Shown piece after piece: positions 21,001 to 26,400 of a stretch of DNA of 64,000 nt. This DNA comes from an uncultured Planctomycetaceae bacterium (GTDB lineage: Bacteria; Planctomycetota; Planctomycetia; Planctomycetales; Planctomycetaceae). The DNA lies in contig CAXBME010000003.1 in NCBI GenBank assembly GCA_963976765.1, positions 1 to 64,000 on the forward strand, in the 5' to 3' direction. The position numbers and the translations under genes were made by a program. How positions within the stretch are numbered: the first letter of the stretch is position 1; every line of letters starts with the position of its first letter. The notes beneath the pieces were generated by a model that saw only the letters and a program-made list of their open reading frames with translations, made no database searches and was not told the DNA's origin.

Positions 21001-23157
21001 GTTATTGGCGATGACGAAGTCGAAGCTGACGAAACGTTCTTCGTCAACCTGTTCGCCGCAGTCAATGGAATCATCGAAGATGACCAGGGAGAAGGCTTCA
21101 TCATCAACGATGACCAGTCGCTGCCGCAGGTTGAAATCAGTGATGCGATCGCACTCGAAGGCGACTCCGGTACAACCACGTTTACGTTCACCGTGACACT
21201 CGACCGGGGAGCGGACACGACCGCAACCGTCGACTTCAACACCGCTAATGGCACAACCGGAACATCTGCCGGAGCCGACGTTCGAGCTGCATCGGGAACC
21301 GTTACTTTCGCTCCGGGCGAAGTTGTAAAAACCATCGAGATCGAAGTTGTCGGCGACCTGATCGACGAAGTTGATGAACAGTTCTTCGTCAACCTGACCA
21401 ACGCAAACGGCCTGTTAATCGCAGACGACCAGGGGCGTGGAGTCATTCTTGACGATGACGACCCGCAAGCAATTCTAGCGGTCACGGACGCCGTCAATCT
21501 GACGGATGAATTCGGTCAGGAAGGCAACACGGGCAACGTCACCTACGAATTTACGATTCAGCTGGTTGGTAAGCCGACTGGGCCAGTCACCGTTCAAGTC
21601 GCGACGCAGGACGGAACAGCGATCGCCGGTCAGGACTACAACGCCCTTTCGAAACAGCTCACCTTCAATCCAGGCGAATCGACGAAAAAAGTTCAGGTCA
21701 CTGTTTCCAGCGACCGCACGGTCGAAACCGACGAAGAGTTCTTCCTGAACCTGAGCAATGCGGTCGGAGCCACGATCTTCGATGATCAGGGAATTGCGAC
21801 CATCATCAATGACGATGCCGTGGTCACCCGCGATGAAGGCCTGGAACTGGCCGAGGATGTATCGAATCAGGTCGAAGCGGCGCTTGCCGACCCAACGATG
21901 GACGGCACCGTACCGGGCAACGGAATCAAGGTCATCAAGGGAACGAATTCCGGCGGTCGCAGCGACATTACTGACCTGCTCGTTCAGATCGGCCTGGATG
22001 TTATCAGGCGACTTGGTCTGACAGACGCCATCGTCGCAGTGTTCGATCCGGTGAACTTCATTGTGACCACGCCGGAAGGCCGAGCGAACGGATTCACCGA
22101 AAGCTCAGGTGTTGTCGGCCAGTCGACCAATTCGTTCTACTCAGGCGATGGTGCCGTCGAACTGCTGGTAATTCCGAACGCGTCCGCCGGCATCTACAAC
22201 CTGGAACTTGCTGGCGTCAACAATGGTCAATTCCGGGCGGCTGTCAGCCGAGTCGATGCCAGTGGTCAGATTGGCACGGAGACATTCGAAGGAACACTGG
22301 CTGGCGAACTGGAACTCGCACTCGACTTTACGCGAGCGTTCCCGAACGACCCGGCTCGAAATGCAAAAGCAGAGCAGGCATTTCTTGCCCTGTTCCAGGA
22401 ATTCGGTGGCGACTCCGATGCCATCGACCTGGCTCTTGCTGCGTTTACTCACTCGCCAAGGTCAGACGCCGACGAGCAGCAGATCAGCAATCAGAACGAT
22501 GCCGCCGCGCAGTTGCAGGCAGCCGCCGCAGCCATTGCAGCTCAGGCAAAACTTCTGGCAACCGCACTTCAAAATGCGTTGCCGGACTGGGTCAACTCGG
22601 GACTCGCCGGCGCGTTCACCCCGTCTGATCTGACGGCCCGAGGATTCGAAACCAATTCCGAATCTTCAACCGCCATGCGCGACTTCTTCTGGGAGTCGGT
22701 TGGTCGAGGCGTCCTGGGACTGCCCGGCGGAGTTGACGACGTAATGGATCTGCTTGACCCGTTGATACCGGAAACCGAGAAGACCGAAACCGCTGCGGAC
22801 GAGGTCGACGATAACGACAAAGAAAACGACGGCACGCCAGCCGAGAATGAAGAAGGTTCTCAGCGGAAGCGAGCCGAAAAGCCAGAAACCGACGACGAAC
22901 GACGTCAGGCGTTCCTGCGTCAGCGTGATGAAGATGAAGTCGCGCTCTACGTTCCTGCTGCTGCCTTCGCTGGTCCAGACTGGCTGACGAAAGCCGAAGC
23001 GGCTGCCGAAAAATCTCGTGCATCCCAAACGGGCCGGAGTGCTGAAGAATCGAAGTCCGATCAGCAGAATTCGACGGGCCTCGCAGATCAGAACGCAAAA
23101 ACAGACGAGGCCGCAGATACTCAACAGGAATCAAACGGGAATGACGAAGGCAACTAA
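1..23157 (+). CDS. Giant extracellular adhesin-like protein, 5'-partial: parallel beta-helix repeats, 2 LamG-like domains, autotransporter-associated beta-strand repeats, SdrD-B-like domain, 18 Calx-beta domains, unknown C-terminal region
   Basis: Frame 1 has no stop from position 1 to TAA at 23155-23157. The ORF-track start at 79 is a GTG inside a repeat (NHDQLNVTG), so the gene probably starts upstream of the window. Motifs: GNYIGT...ERNVISGN repeats; LamG-like (AFSLDGVDDFV...WHHFAFT...GLIEETAVY); GLTKNGNGSLTLSGSN; ISGRVFNDVNYDG; 18 x ISI.D....EG...F.V.LS...V.F.T..GTA...DY...G.LTF.PGET...E.FF.NL...G.I.NDD. Confidence 0.93.
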   Translation, partial: KSACPLFTTNSPDLPDEPAINHDQLNVTGTVTIGNNVTLDPILFAGFDPAANDTFIIINNDEEDAVTGTFAGLAEGATFTDENVTYQITYAGGDGNDVVLTSLFTSFVVTTTADSGAGSLRQAILDANALAGTDQIVFDITSVEGAGPHTISPTTALPVITDAVTIDGYSETGASENALAVGNDASIQIILDGTSAGAVNGLEIQTSGVIVRGLSIVNFGINGVEFNGTGHVFEGNFIGVLPDGTTDGGNSAWGIRSNNGNARIGTNGDGINDAGERNVISANDQGGVLLFGSGTTIAGNYIGTNAAGTAALGNQTPIATVTGGNIIGTDGSNDAFNVNERNVISGNANGMTLDADIVAGNFIGTDATGLSAIPNGTGIQIGGIGGRVGTNADGIADDVEGNVISGNTGVAIFFVTSDSITVAGNLIGTDVTGTLALGNGEGIAGFPSGINHQIGGPLAVQRNVISANSGIGINVEGSGFVIENNYIGVDINGTDLTPGSLGNSGDGIVVLNANPQIRNNVISNNAGDGINISGTSDGIDASAVLWLRAEGDATDEVGSNNGTLENGATFATGLSGQAFSLDGVDDFVSVADDPTLNFGTGDFSVDTWVNFDTLAGEQILVEKYVQASNATGWSLTKLAGNSIQVAVGDGSTFATVTSSPLAISTGQWHHFAFTRAGDTFTVYFDGQAVATNSYSGNLDSTSTLKLGHRGAPGDTPGSTDIRGFYLNGLIEETAVYGKALTLNEITDIVARNGAGKQDTGAVIAGNTIGLNAAGDADLGNAFAGIGISNSPDNLIGGDSPSDRNIISGNNVNGIQILGAASVGNTVAGNYIGTNAVGDTAIGNANGIEIAGGATDNLIGGEENVISGNTGFGIRLTDAGTDINHVAGNIIGLDASGTTALGNNVGVQIDGGAANNQIGGSTLDEQNVISGNTTGVLINAAGADNHIVGNYIGVDVNGTDMVPGTVGNTEDGITVLNAAPLIQGNVISNNAGDGIDLSGSGASGNIDASAVAWFKAEGDATDSAGNNDATLINGVDFVTGVNGGQAWEFNSAPGATGSDQILVADSPSLDLTSVTLEAWVSLNVLPTAANSIIVEKGTSNGAENYGLSLRQGAGGTAEINFEWYNGGFHSVSSTGAGIQAGQFYHIAATADGSTIRLYVDGELIHDEAQSSPLLPNNNPLYIGSNEGSSFGNRLQGRIDELAIYNAALPASSIATIFARNGAGKLGAIIQGNIIGLNATGDTALGNAANGIDILNSPANVIGGDSPSDRNVISGNTANGVLITGAISTGNVLIGNYIGLDVSGTIDLGNSDNGVLITSGAHNNRIGTDGNGVNDTAERNVISGNTDLFSEANVNIIDAHNNIVAGNYIGTNAAGTSALVTTGRGVRVAAGATFNTIGTDGSADTFNASERNVVSGNTGAGIFITTNSDDNTVAGNYVGLNAAGDAVIGNGEVGISVDGSQRTLIGTNADGTADAFESNVVAGSAGAGIQIAGSQFTTIAGNLIGLNPAGTIAMPNQGGGVLLGNAAINNTIGGTSPAERNVISGNTGDGVSIIRVFNSTTLQPSPDNNIVGNFIGTDITGTAALGNTGNGIYLEELNTTVGGDSANSRNLISANNGAGILITGSAATGNTLKDNLIGTDTSGLTPLTGQTSGVDIIDTLVTVNGVIEAAEGITVAAAGTLGGSGVVNGPVTVNGSLTPGNSPGVLATGDLVLNGSFDVEVDGDGGAGVINGHDQVDVTGSVTLGGTLNVDTTDLTAVELSPGAEFVIINNDGMDIATGNFSNFTSGSAVIINAAGSGLNLVLTYTGGDGNDVALQAFRPETEVEIVGGNLVVTDSNGGDTNDSLTFTADGTNLTITDNNGNGIDLIGSLNAGTGDGSSTVVIPLSSFSGGTLDINSLAGDDSITFGALTLLSGQSLDFDGGTGLDTATVTGSIGSFASNVVISVSNGVTLAGASAEISTFGGDLTINADSDANGMGTFAIDDAAGSINTSTEGPSGNISITAADVELVGTIFAPDGDVLLEASNAGASIDLGTTGGSGQFVLTGAELDQVNTLGQLTVGNAATGNIVINGTVAPANANNLNLIAGGTVNDGGGSITTTNLTINAASGIGTTGAVITTVSNFEADGGSGGIDVSNSGNLVIGGLTETLAGLTTDANINIASSGDIFIGENIIKATGGDTSLTLQAGNDIKTNGANITSASSRLNVTLNSDRDESGFGGIFLNGGTVIDSNGGNITLGGGADPTTTPARGTLGSDAEGVALRDAQLNSGAGNISILGTGMAGSGSEATSGVQVFAPSIIQTTTGNITLIGTGGTGTSAAEGVFIDGLVTTDSGSVIVDGVGGTGSRPEGVRFSVNGRLVTTGNAPISITGVGNGSSEGIVTTSANNVIGGPSASGDITLKSDTIDLAGGAVQSSGNLTIAPATPSTSVGIGNGIGTLSLTTAELSRLANGFASIHIGDEATGVIEVQAVTFVDPVTIEGDEIHVEGQITGADNASITLFEFFDGGPGIPGPATTYLNAPIVTNGNSVTIDDRLLVGTNASIDTTNGGASPDANVTFTQPVDSQFMTSNSLSIDAGIVGQVTFQNEVGSDTPLLNLDVVGTTVFDGGNLTIDGELNFEGDFVIGEGIVNLTTLNASDVYFGGTIDSHTELTKRLTINTSNEGVTRFEGTVGTMNGVRSLQTNADGRTEIAADIFTSGGDIDFGDAVLIDNDVRIEADLGLLTFESTIDGSVNGLFNLTIAAIGEAEIVINGAIGSDALGADSSDAGLGSLIVENQTRFNGGSIQSVGDLTFAEQLTIGTNTTLTSTGTGNVTFSGNVDTAAGSPFNLSIDTGLGNYFQDNSSSLLNTSGGDLTIAASDVTLEGTINTGSGRVTFEQTQPSGEIVLGSQPGTLSLSDVEIDQITTSAGIAIGNTGTGDIKILEDISPAGTNSLFLTTGGRILSDNPGAVLDVANLSLSAEQGIGLNGPVNLAVNNALAMESQFGTIDIFSGQDITVGTVDGLAGATALGNITLNATGGVTLSSGVTATGNGSIEINAARQITVNGGASVSSTSGAIALDANSSGLATGNFSGVFVADSATVSSTTGDITVTGHGGDAASNGNHGVQLAGTAAITSQGGNITLTGQAGGAGATNFHEGVIVGGNVTTTGSGNITVNGTGGSTGTVNIGVDLISGTISTVNGTVVLNGVSGAGSSSDAIRLANFGGGGSVIETTGSGMIVLVADASAGSGVGLNAFGAGSAIGGALTTADIFITTDTISLAVPVQSTGDLFIEPLSSNTSIGLGGGAGTLNIDDAEFATFDNFRQVNIGLFEASNLIQIDELDLSDKSFDLFTTGGRTEFMGTLTLRDDGRLVMVVADQLADLHAGASDVIIGGSNGSIAFDLAAGVDPLSIDGNFDFEAARFAAQTLTGSLAFSVNSSSTVDIVDEVAGLNTSFGGDILLETQDLTISAPVQTTGAGAVSIDASDVIVLDDTIISDSGDVTLQSQTGIAGTSNSSIQTAAGAVTLESDADNLGSDGTVNFAGTIIHGTGGTTIVVTANSTIGGVISGAAGLTKNGNGSLTLSGSNLFDGETTIAEGVIAATNTAALGTTLGGTTVADGAALLIDGVSIADNVTISGVGVNVSGINAALAGAGTASLTGDLTLADDAQINAAFRGGSTIFTIAGAITEIGGPRSLTLQSSVGGGETIVLSNPLNNWTGDTNVVNNTLVLGADEVIPSDGNVNVSSTIDLNGHVESIGGLNGTGTVTNQGITAATVTVGSNNASGNFAGSIVDGIGSSNLTKVGMGLQTLSGLNSATGVLAVNGGMLAIDGTWGGTATVAAGATFGGTGSVDGSVTTDGTIAPGNSPGILSTGDVTFAAGSAFTVEIEGTIPGSGIGGHDQLNVNGSVTIGNLVTLTAILGPGFEPFDGDEFVIINNDGMDAVVGTFAGFEEGSTFDVNGQTLSITYVGGDGNDVVLLGQGTASTLITLDPSNNLLITDVNGGDSNDTLTIVSDVSNSQFIITDPGRSLTTNVAGAVRVDSRTVTVPFASVAGTNVNFNLLDGDDSLTIDLSLGNFGKSINVFGGNELEVGDALLIQGGATFETVSFANFGPGQGTVTITDNQSINYFDVEPVRSTIDADNIALTNQSAFGEFSITDSGTAGETSVTPPIGDGVTFRNPNAVLALLGNGMTDDIVNVNGFGSGFGAVIGIDGMGGNDAVNWNTTEVVTAVDIDSATISINSGVISTLGDQLLGGNILLPTDAVLSGANIELNGSVNDATLPGGATLTVNSTGSATVNALLGSSGGLGLVTVNATEGSVAFNGLINDLGNGGLNVSSSDTITFNGLFNASGAAGISAVAARSVTLNPGTNFSLNDGDVNLQANQQPTPTTGPFTGITLDGASITTSNGNVTLAGRGGDVFLGNIGVAVQNGSTVTSLGSGSVNVIGAGGPSDFDGTGVVITGPGSTVSANTGVIVISGIGGTTGEQNQGIRITDGAQVQSIGTGPTAAPINIVGTSGEGSNNNDGVQIDGLTTRVSTIDGDIIITGTAGPLAGENSHGVKIATGATVESTGALSFAGDINIQGTATSGLANDGVNITGGSLVQSTDGSISINGVGTAGSGLSNNGVEISGNSTVAASVGGSVNITGVAAGTSANEGIRIDGANVGSPTGFGPINLHGNTVFVAGTVTNIGTGSITINGDDGVTLANPFTTIQSGSGPLTIDGDFDSNNAGSVTVTDPSVQINSDAGGIFISGVNAQLQGAVQSVGGGVTLAAPVSLQGDLTISGTSATFENSVTGNSRNLTTSGATTFRGNGTALNSLNVNGDLITDPVTLTIATPLVIQTGFNAQLQGTVNAQIVGQAGSSITATGNLILGDNSAAGFATAGDLFVNGFNVTLRDSDAVQLGSLTLLDDTGVLSAVNGVQLSMGDVLSGSGRIIGPLSAQAGSDVDLSLSTGILRTDSVTFAADSSFQVELSDTLPGNGHDQLSVTGTVNLGGTTLGATLTQPASMGDEFVIVNNDGTDAIVGTFAGLPEGAFVDLNIGSRELITGTQRFVISYARGTGNDVTLRPAAAISGRVFNDVNYDGVDNELMNGVGNATVRLIAQNGTTVVRTTTSSTDGSYSFTGLIPGAYFVEFVAPTGFHFTFRDVGGNDTIDSDANRFTGRTTLLTASTSGQLINDVDAGIKASEISINNVQKSEGLFGQQTAYTFTVSLSGIARQVTTVNFATANGTATVANNDYTAKSGTVTFAVGQQTRTVTVLVTGDNAIEGDENFFVNLSNAVNASIVTPQGIGTILNDDTVVPNIAITDVSRNEGNAPESTEFEFTVSLNFASTETITVDFATVDGAATVAGSDYLASSGTITFLPGETEATFAITVNGDDDIEDSEDFSVRLTNVTGNAAITDDTGVATIVNDDFAERQLSITDVTVEEGGVGARTNLLFKVRLSAVALVETKVDFSLEDDDALAGFDFESVSGTLTFLPDDFEKTIVVTALGDFDVENDEQFFVNLSNAIGASISDSQGIGTILNDDQPLQDISIADVSVAEGSSGSTTRVQVTVSLSGPSATPVSVDFSTADGTAIAGQDYTLRTGTVTFAPGEINRTIGLDVLGDATVESNERFFINLFNPVNGTIVDNQSTFTIRNDDAVIPNVTVSDVTIAEGALGERTRVDFSVQLSGPTTQPVSVNFNTMDGTARLSEGDYEAQQGTLTFTPGDTQRIVTVIFNGDFDVEGDEFLFLNLSNPVGANILDGQGRALVINDDAAIPNISISNTQVIEGSTGERTPAIFEITLSGPTTQDVTFDFATGFASAISTTDVSAAAATAAAVGATSSTVADFEAASGTVVIPAGETSAFVSVVVLGDADVEADEFFFLNLSNATGGVLIDDQGEASILNDDLDVQALSVSDVTKLEGLAGVRTSYRFTVSLTGPSSAPVTVDFATADGSATAASGDYDSTVGSLIFAPGETSKEVIVTVNGDIANEANEQFFLNLSNVIGATVEDGQGLGVITNDDSPVPSLTIDDVSKTEGDAGARNQFNFVLRLSNAAEGPVTVQATTVAGTATSGVDFEATTTTVTFAAGETIATVTVPVLGDFTDEASETFFVNLSGISGATLDDDQGRGTIRNDDSPIPNINVNNAFVEEGIAGQRPQIAFIVSLSGPSSVPVEVDFSTMGATATSGIDFEALSGTLRFEPGEETKAVRVTILGDLDVEADEMLFLNLDNPVNGILDDDQAIGTINNDDAVPTLAIGDVSKVEGSSGQRTQFIFDVVLTGFSSNPVTVDFASADGTATFAGLDYTTVNGSLSFLPGETLKQIVVNVSGDSAIETDEFFFINLSNAVGAEVIANQGTGTIRNDDAAVPLLRIDDFSADEGISGARTQFNFNVTLSAASNQTLTVDYSTAAGTATSGVDFVALDETLTFLPGETTQTITVSVLGDTAFESLETFFVNLSNPQGLEIADDQAIGRIVNDDSPTPLLSVSNAQTEEGISGERPSVTFNLTLSSPPTELITVDYATGDGTASSTDLDYLSTNGTITFLPGQQTASVTITVLGDSNVETNETFFLNLGNLTGNAVFQNDQGTGLILNDDVLRPGITISDAVQEEGVSSQRTRFTFDVSLSTPATTATGPIEVRYQTANGSAIGAAAGVVDAAGNPIVNPNADYESRTGILTFQPGEQTKQIVVIVLGDSRIEADETFFVNLTSSSTNAEIVDDQALATVFNDDFPLPGVSISNATVVEGTAGQRTIVDVELALSAPSATSIFVDFQTANGTATIAGQDYQAANGAVEFMPTEIVKTVRLIVLGDNVEEAAETFFLNLTGVSPNAQIVDDQASITIQNDDLMQVTPDISISDVQLKEGNDRALPEFQFVVTLSAVATTNVTVDYSTAQGTANTSDFIAKSGTLTFQPGETSKTVDIEVRGDEIVETDETFFVNLNNAVGGVITDAQGRGTITNDDVAMLPGIRIDDVAFEEGSTDEITEFTFTVALTGVFDQAVEVSYFTSQFSASSNVDDRDFFRISNLADPDSISKLTFEPGETTQTITVQVIGDDEVEADETFFVNLFAAVNGIIEDDQGEGFIINDDQSLPQVEISDAIALEGDSGTTTFTFTVTLDRGADTTATVDFNTANGTTGTSAGADVRAASGTVTFAPGEVVKTIEIEVVGDLIDEVDEQFFVNLTNANGLLIADDQGRGVILDDDDPQAILAVTDAVNLTDEFGQEGNTGNVTYEFTIQLVGKPTGPVTVQVATQDGTAIAGQDYNALSKQLTFNPGESTKKVQVTVSSDRTVETDEEFFLNLSNAVGATIFDDQGIATIINDDAVVTRDEGLELAEDVSNQVEAALADPTMDGTVPGNGIKVIKGTNSGGRSDITDLLVQIGLDVIRRLGLTDAIVAVFDPVNFIVTTPEGRANGFTESSGVVGQSTNSFYSGDGAVELLVIPNASAGIYNLELAGVNNGQFRAAVSRVDASGQIGTETFEGTLAGELELALDFTRAFPNDPARNAKAEQAFLALFQEFGGDSDAIDLALAAFTHSPRSDADEQQISNQNDAAAQLQAAAAAIAAQAKLLATALQNALPDWVNSGLAGAFTPSDLTARGFETNSESSTAMRDFFWESVGRGVLGLPGGVDDVMDLLDPLIPETEKTETAADEVDDNDKENDGTPAENEEGSQRKRAEKPETDDERRQAFLRQRDEDEVALYVPAAAFAGPDWLTKAEAAAEKSRASQTGRSAEESKSDQQNSTGLADQNAKTDEAADTQQESNGNDEGN
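15469..21816 (+). repeat. Tandem array of 18 Calx-beta domains, about 110-135 aa each, inside the giant CDS
   Basis: Counted by eye from SEISINNVQKSEG to AILAVTDAVN...IINDD. Each unit ends in (I/V/F)xNDD or similar. Confidence 0.85.
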
Positions 23158-23236
23158 TGCCGTCGCCAGATTCTGACCGCCGGGCATCAACTGGCTGCGA
23201 GTGAATTGCCAGTTGTGGGTGAATGGCCAGCTGACA

Positions 23237-23305
23237 CAGACCAGCACGTAACGAGAACAAGTAAGTATATGACTCACTCGCTTGCTCGCGTTTCGTGCTG
23301 GTCTG
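23237..23305. repeat. REP-like imperfect palindrome between the giant gene and the kinase
   Basis: CAGACCAGCACG (23237-23248) is the exact reverse complement of CGTGCTGGTCTG (23294-23305), with further imperfect inner pairing (AACGAGAACAAG / CTTGCTCGCGTT). Confidence 0.6.
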
Positions 23306-23402
23306 AAAACGTCGACCGCTCGCCCTGAGTCAGTCGTTCTGCAAATATCCGTCGACACACACAGCCTCTCTCACACTTCAGTAAACGTTCAGGGCCTGGT
23401 TC

Positions 23403-26400
23403 ATGGCAAAGTCTCGCAATTCGCATCAGGACGAAGATGACGCTACCGTCGGCCCGGACCTGGGCGAGAACGCTCACGACGACGCAACAGTCGGCCCGGA
23501 CTACGATGACGCCACTATCGGGCCAGACATAGTTGGCGATAACGATGAGTCCGAAGATGTCGGAGCCAGGTACGGATACGACTCTGCAGCGACGGCAATC
23601 GTCGAGTCAGCCAACGAAGATGATCTCACCATCGGAATCGATGACGACGATTCGGCCGCAGACGCAGGCGCTGGTGGCGGAGTCGGAACGGCTAACACTG
23701 TTACCGACGAGCCCGATGCTGAAAAAGAAGACCGGACAATTGGAATCGACGACGAGCATGCGGTCGACGGCAACGATGCAACTGTCGGTCCCGACTTTGA
23801 CGCTGACGATACCTCGGAAAACGCTGGCTATGGTGCAGACACTGCCGACACGATCGCCAACGCTCCGGACGGCGACGAGAACGACCTCACGATCGGAATC
23901 GACGGAAACGTTCGCGAAGACGATGACGATGACGACATGACCGTCATAGGCGACCTGACGGTTGCCGAAGAAGACCTGTCGCGCGACGCTGACCCGCCGA
24001 TCGGTGAAGACGATCGCACAATCATGGGAGACCTCGCTGCGGCCGAAAACGCCACTCAGTTTTCGGCGGAAGACGGCGATGACCAGACCGTCTTCACGGA
24101 CATCGAACAAACTAAAATCGAGAATACAAGCGCCGAACAGACCAGCATTGGCAAGACCAGAATCACCAGAACTCGATTCGGGAAAACTCACGACGATCAG
24201 ACAAAACCCGACGAAACAAATAGCGGAAAGACTCGATTCGGAAAGACCCGATTCAGTCAGGCCGGAACCAGAGTCGACGACACCAGTTCACGGGCCGGGA
24301 GTTCCGGTAAGGGTACGCGCGGCAAGGAAGTTACCGACGAAGCTCCCCGTTACGACATGGTCGACAACTTTGCCCGCGGCGGAATGGGAAATATCTGGCT
24401 GGCGAAGGATTCGATGATCAAGCGGGAAGTCGCCTACAAAGAGCTGCTTCCTCGCGCGATGAGACGATCCAGCATCGTCGAACGATTTATCCAGGAAGGT
24501 CAGGTTACCGGCCAACTGGAACACCCCGGCATCGTCCCCATTTACGACCTGGGTTATCAGGAAAATGGAACTCCGTTTTATGCCATGAAGCTGGTGCGCG
24601 GAACGGAGATGAAAGAGCAGATCGAAGCTCTGCACAAAATGCCGAAGAACACGGCGGACCGACATCGAGCGTTTGTGAAGCTGCTGGGACAGTTTGTCGA
24701 CGTCTGCAATGCGCTGGCATTCGCACATCAGCGAGGCGTTCTACATCGCGACCTTAAACCTCAGAACGTCATGATCGGCGGCTTTGGAGAAACGCTGGTT
24801 CTCGACTGGGGTCTCGCCAAACTTCTGGGCCGGGCTGAGCCAGGAGCGAGCGATCGCGGCGTTCAGGTCACGGGCAAGTACGACGATGAGTTCTCACCTG
24901 ACCTCGGCGACCAGAGTGACGTGGGATCGGCAACCGTCATCACGGGAAATCCCGACTCCAGCGACCAGAATCAGGGCTCGACTAGAATGTCGGGCTCATC
25001 CAGCCTCGCGGCCACGACCGATGCACGAGGCAACGACGCCGGTGCCACGAATATCGTTGGAAGTGACGACCTCGCTGCGACCAATATTGTGGGCAGCAAC
25101 GGCCTCGGCGCCACGAACGTTGTCGACTCAGAAGGCGTCGCAGCGACGAACATCGTTGATAACTCCGACACAGGAGCAACTCGGATTCCCGGTAGCGGTC
25201 CCAAAGCGCCCGAAAAGACAACTGTCTCTCTGTTCAATAAAAAGTCAGTTCCCACACAGCCGCCGGAAGGTCAGCCTGCGTCGCAGGCACCAGCAAGAAC
25301 TCAGGGTCTGCATGGAGCCTCGCAGACCGTCAAAACCGATGCGCGTTCCGAAGGCACGACGACGCGGTATGGATCGGTAATGGGCACCCTCGCGTACATG
25401 CCTCCCGAACAGGCTCAGGGCAAACTCGACGAAATGGACGCCCGCACGGACATTTATTCGCTGGGAGCAATTCTCTACGAAATCCTCGTCAACGACGCGC
25501 CGATCCCGCGCGGCAAGATGCAGGCGATGCTCGACCACGTGGTTAACAAACCAATCGTCCCGCCTCGCGAAGTCGATCCGTCTGTTCCCAGGCCGCTCAA
25601 CGCGATCGCCATGAAGGCGTTGAACAAAAAGATTACGGACCGGTATCGATCAGCCCTGGACCTGGCTCGCGACGTCGAAGATTACCTCGCCGATGAACCT
25701 GTTTCCGTCTACGAAGAACCCTGGTACGACAAGCTTAGACGCTGGGCAAAGCGACATCCGACTGCCGTGGCTGGCTGGACTGCATCCGTAGGCGTTGTGA
25801 TTCTGGGAAGCTTTGCGTGGAGCTGGGCCGAGTCCAACCGCATCGACGGTCTCCGAATTGCGGCGACGGCGAGGGGCGAGAAGGCTCGGGCTGAAGCCGC
25901 GGCTGGACGGTTTGACGAAGCAACGTCGTTGCTCAACGAAGCACTCGGCCAGGTCAGCGAAGAAGACGAACTCGCCTCAGTCAAGGCCGGCCTTAACAAT
26001 CAGCTTTCCGGTGTCGAACAACTCATCGCCGCCGCCGAGCAACAACGCGTCGCCGCCTTGCTGCGTGAAGTCGAGCAGAAAGTCGCCGAGGCTAAAGTTC
26101 TTGCTGAATCAATAGACAGTCTGGAGGACGCTCGCACGTTGCTGTCCGAAAGCCTGGCAATGATTAAAGACGAAAAAGCACTGGTTTCCATACAAAGTGG
26201 TGTGCAGTCCGAACTGGACTCCGTCAATTTGAAGATCGCCGATGTCGAAGCGCGGCAGTTGGCACAGGCTCAGTTCGCGAAATTTCAGGAACTCGTCGAG
26301 CAGGCTCGATACTTCTTCATCGTTCAAACGGGTGAGGACATCACTTCGAATCTGCAAACTGCCGCCGAACATGCCGTCAACGCTTTTGCCATCTACGGTG

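Noticed and set aside
69..23124. Many short minus-strand and off-frame ORFs over the giant gene
   Set aside because: They are shadows of a codon-biased, Gly/Asn/Thr/Asp-rich repeat gene and carry no recognisable motifs.
25041..25193. 33-nt periodic repeat as a possible CRISPR array
   Set aside because: It is in-frame, conserved at protein rather than DNA level, has no unique spacers and no cas genes are present.
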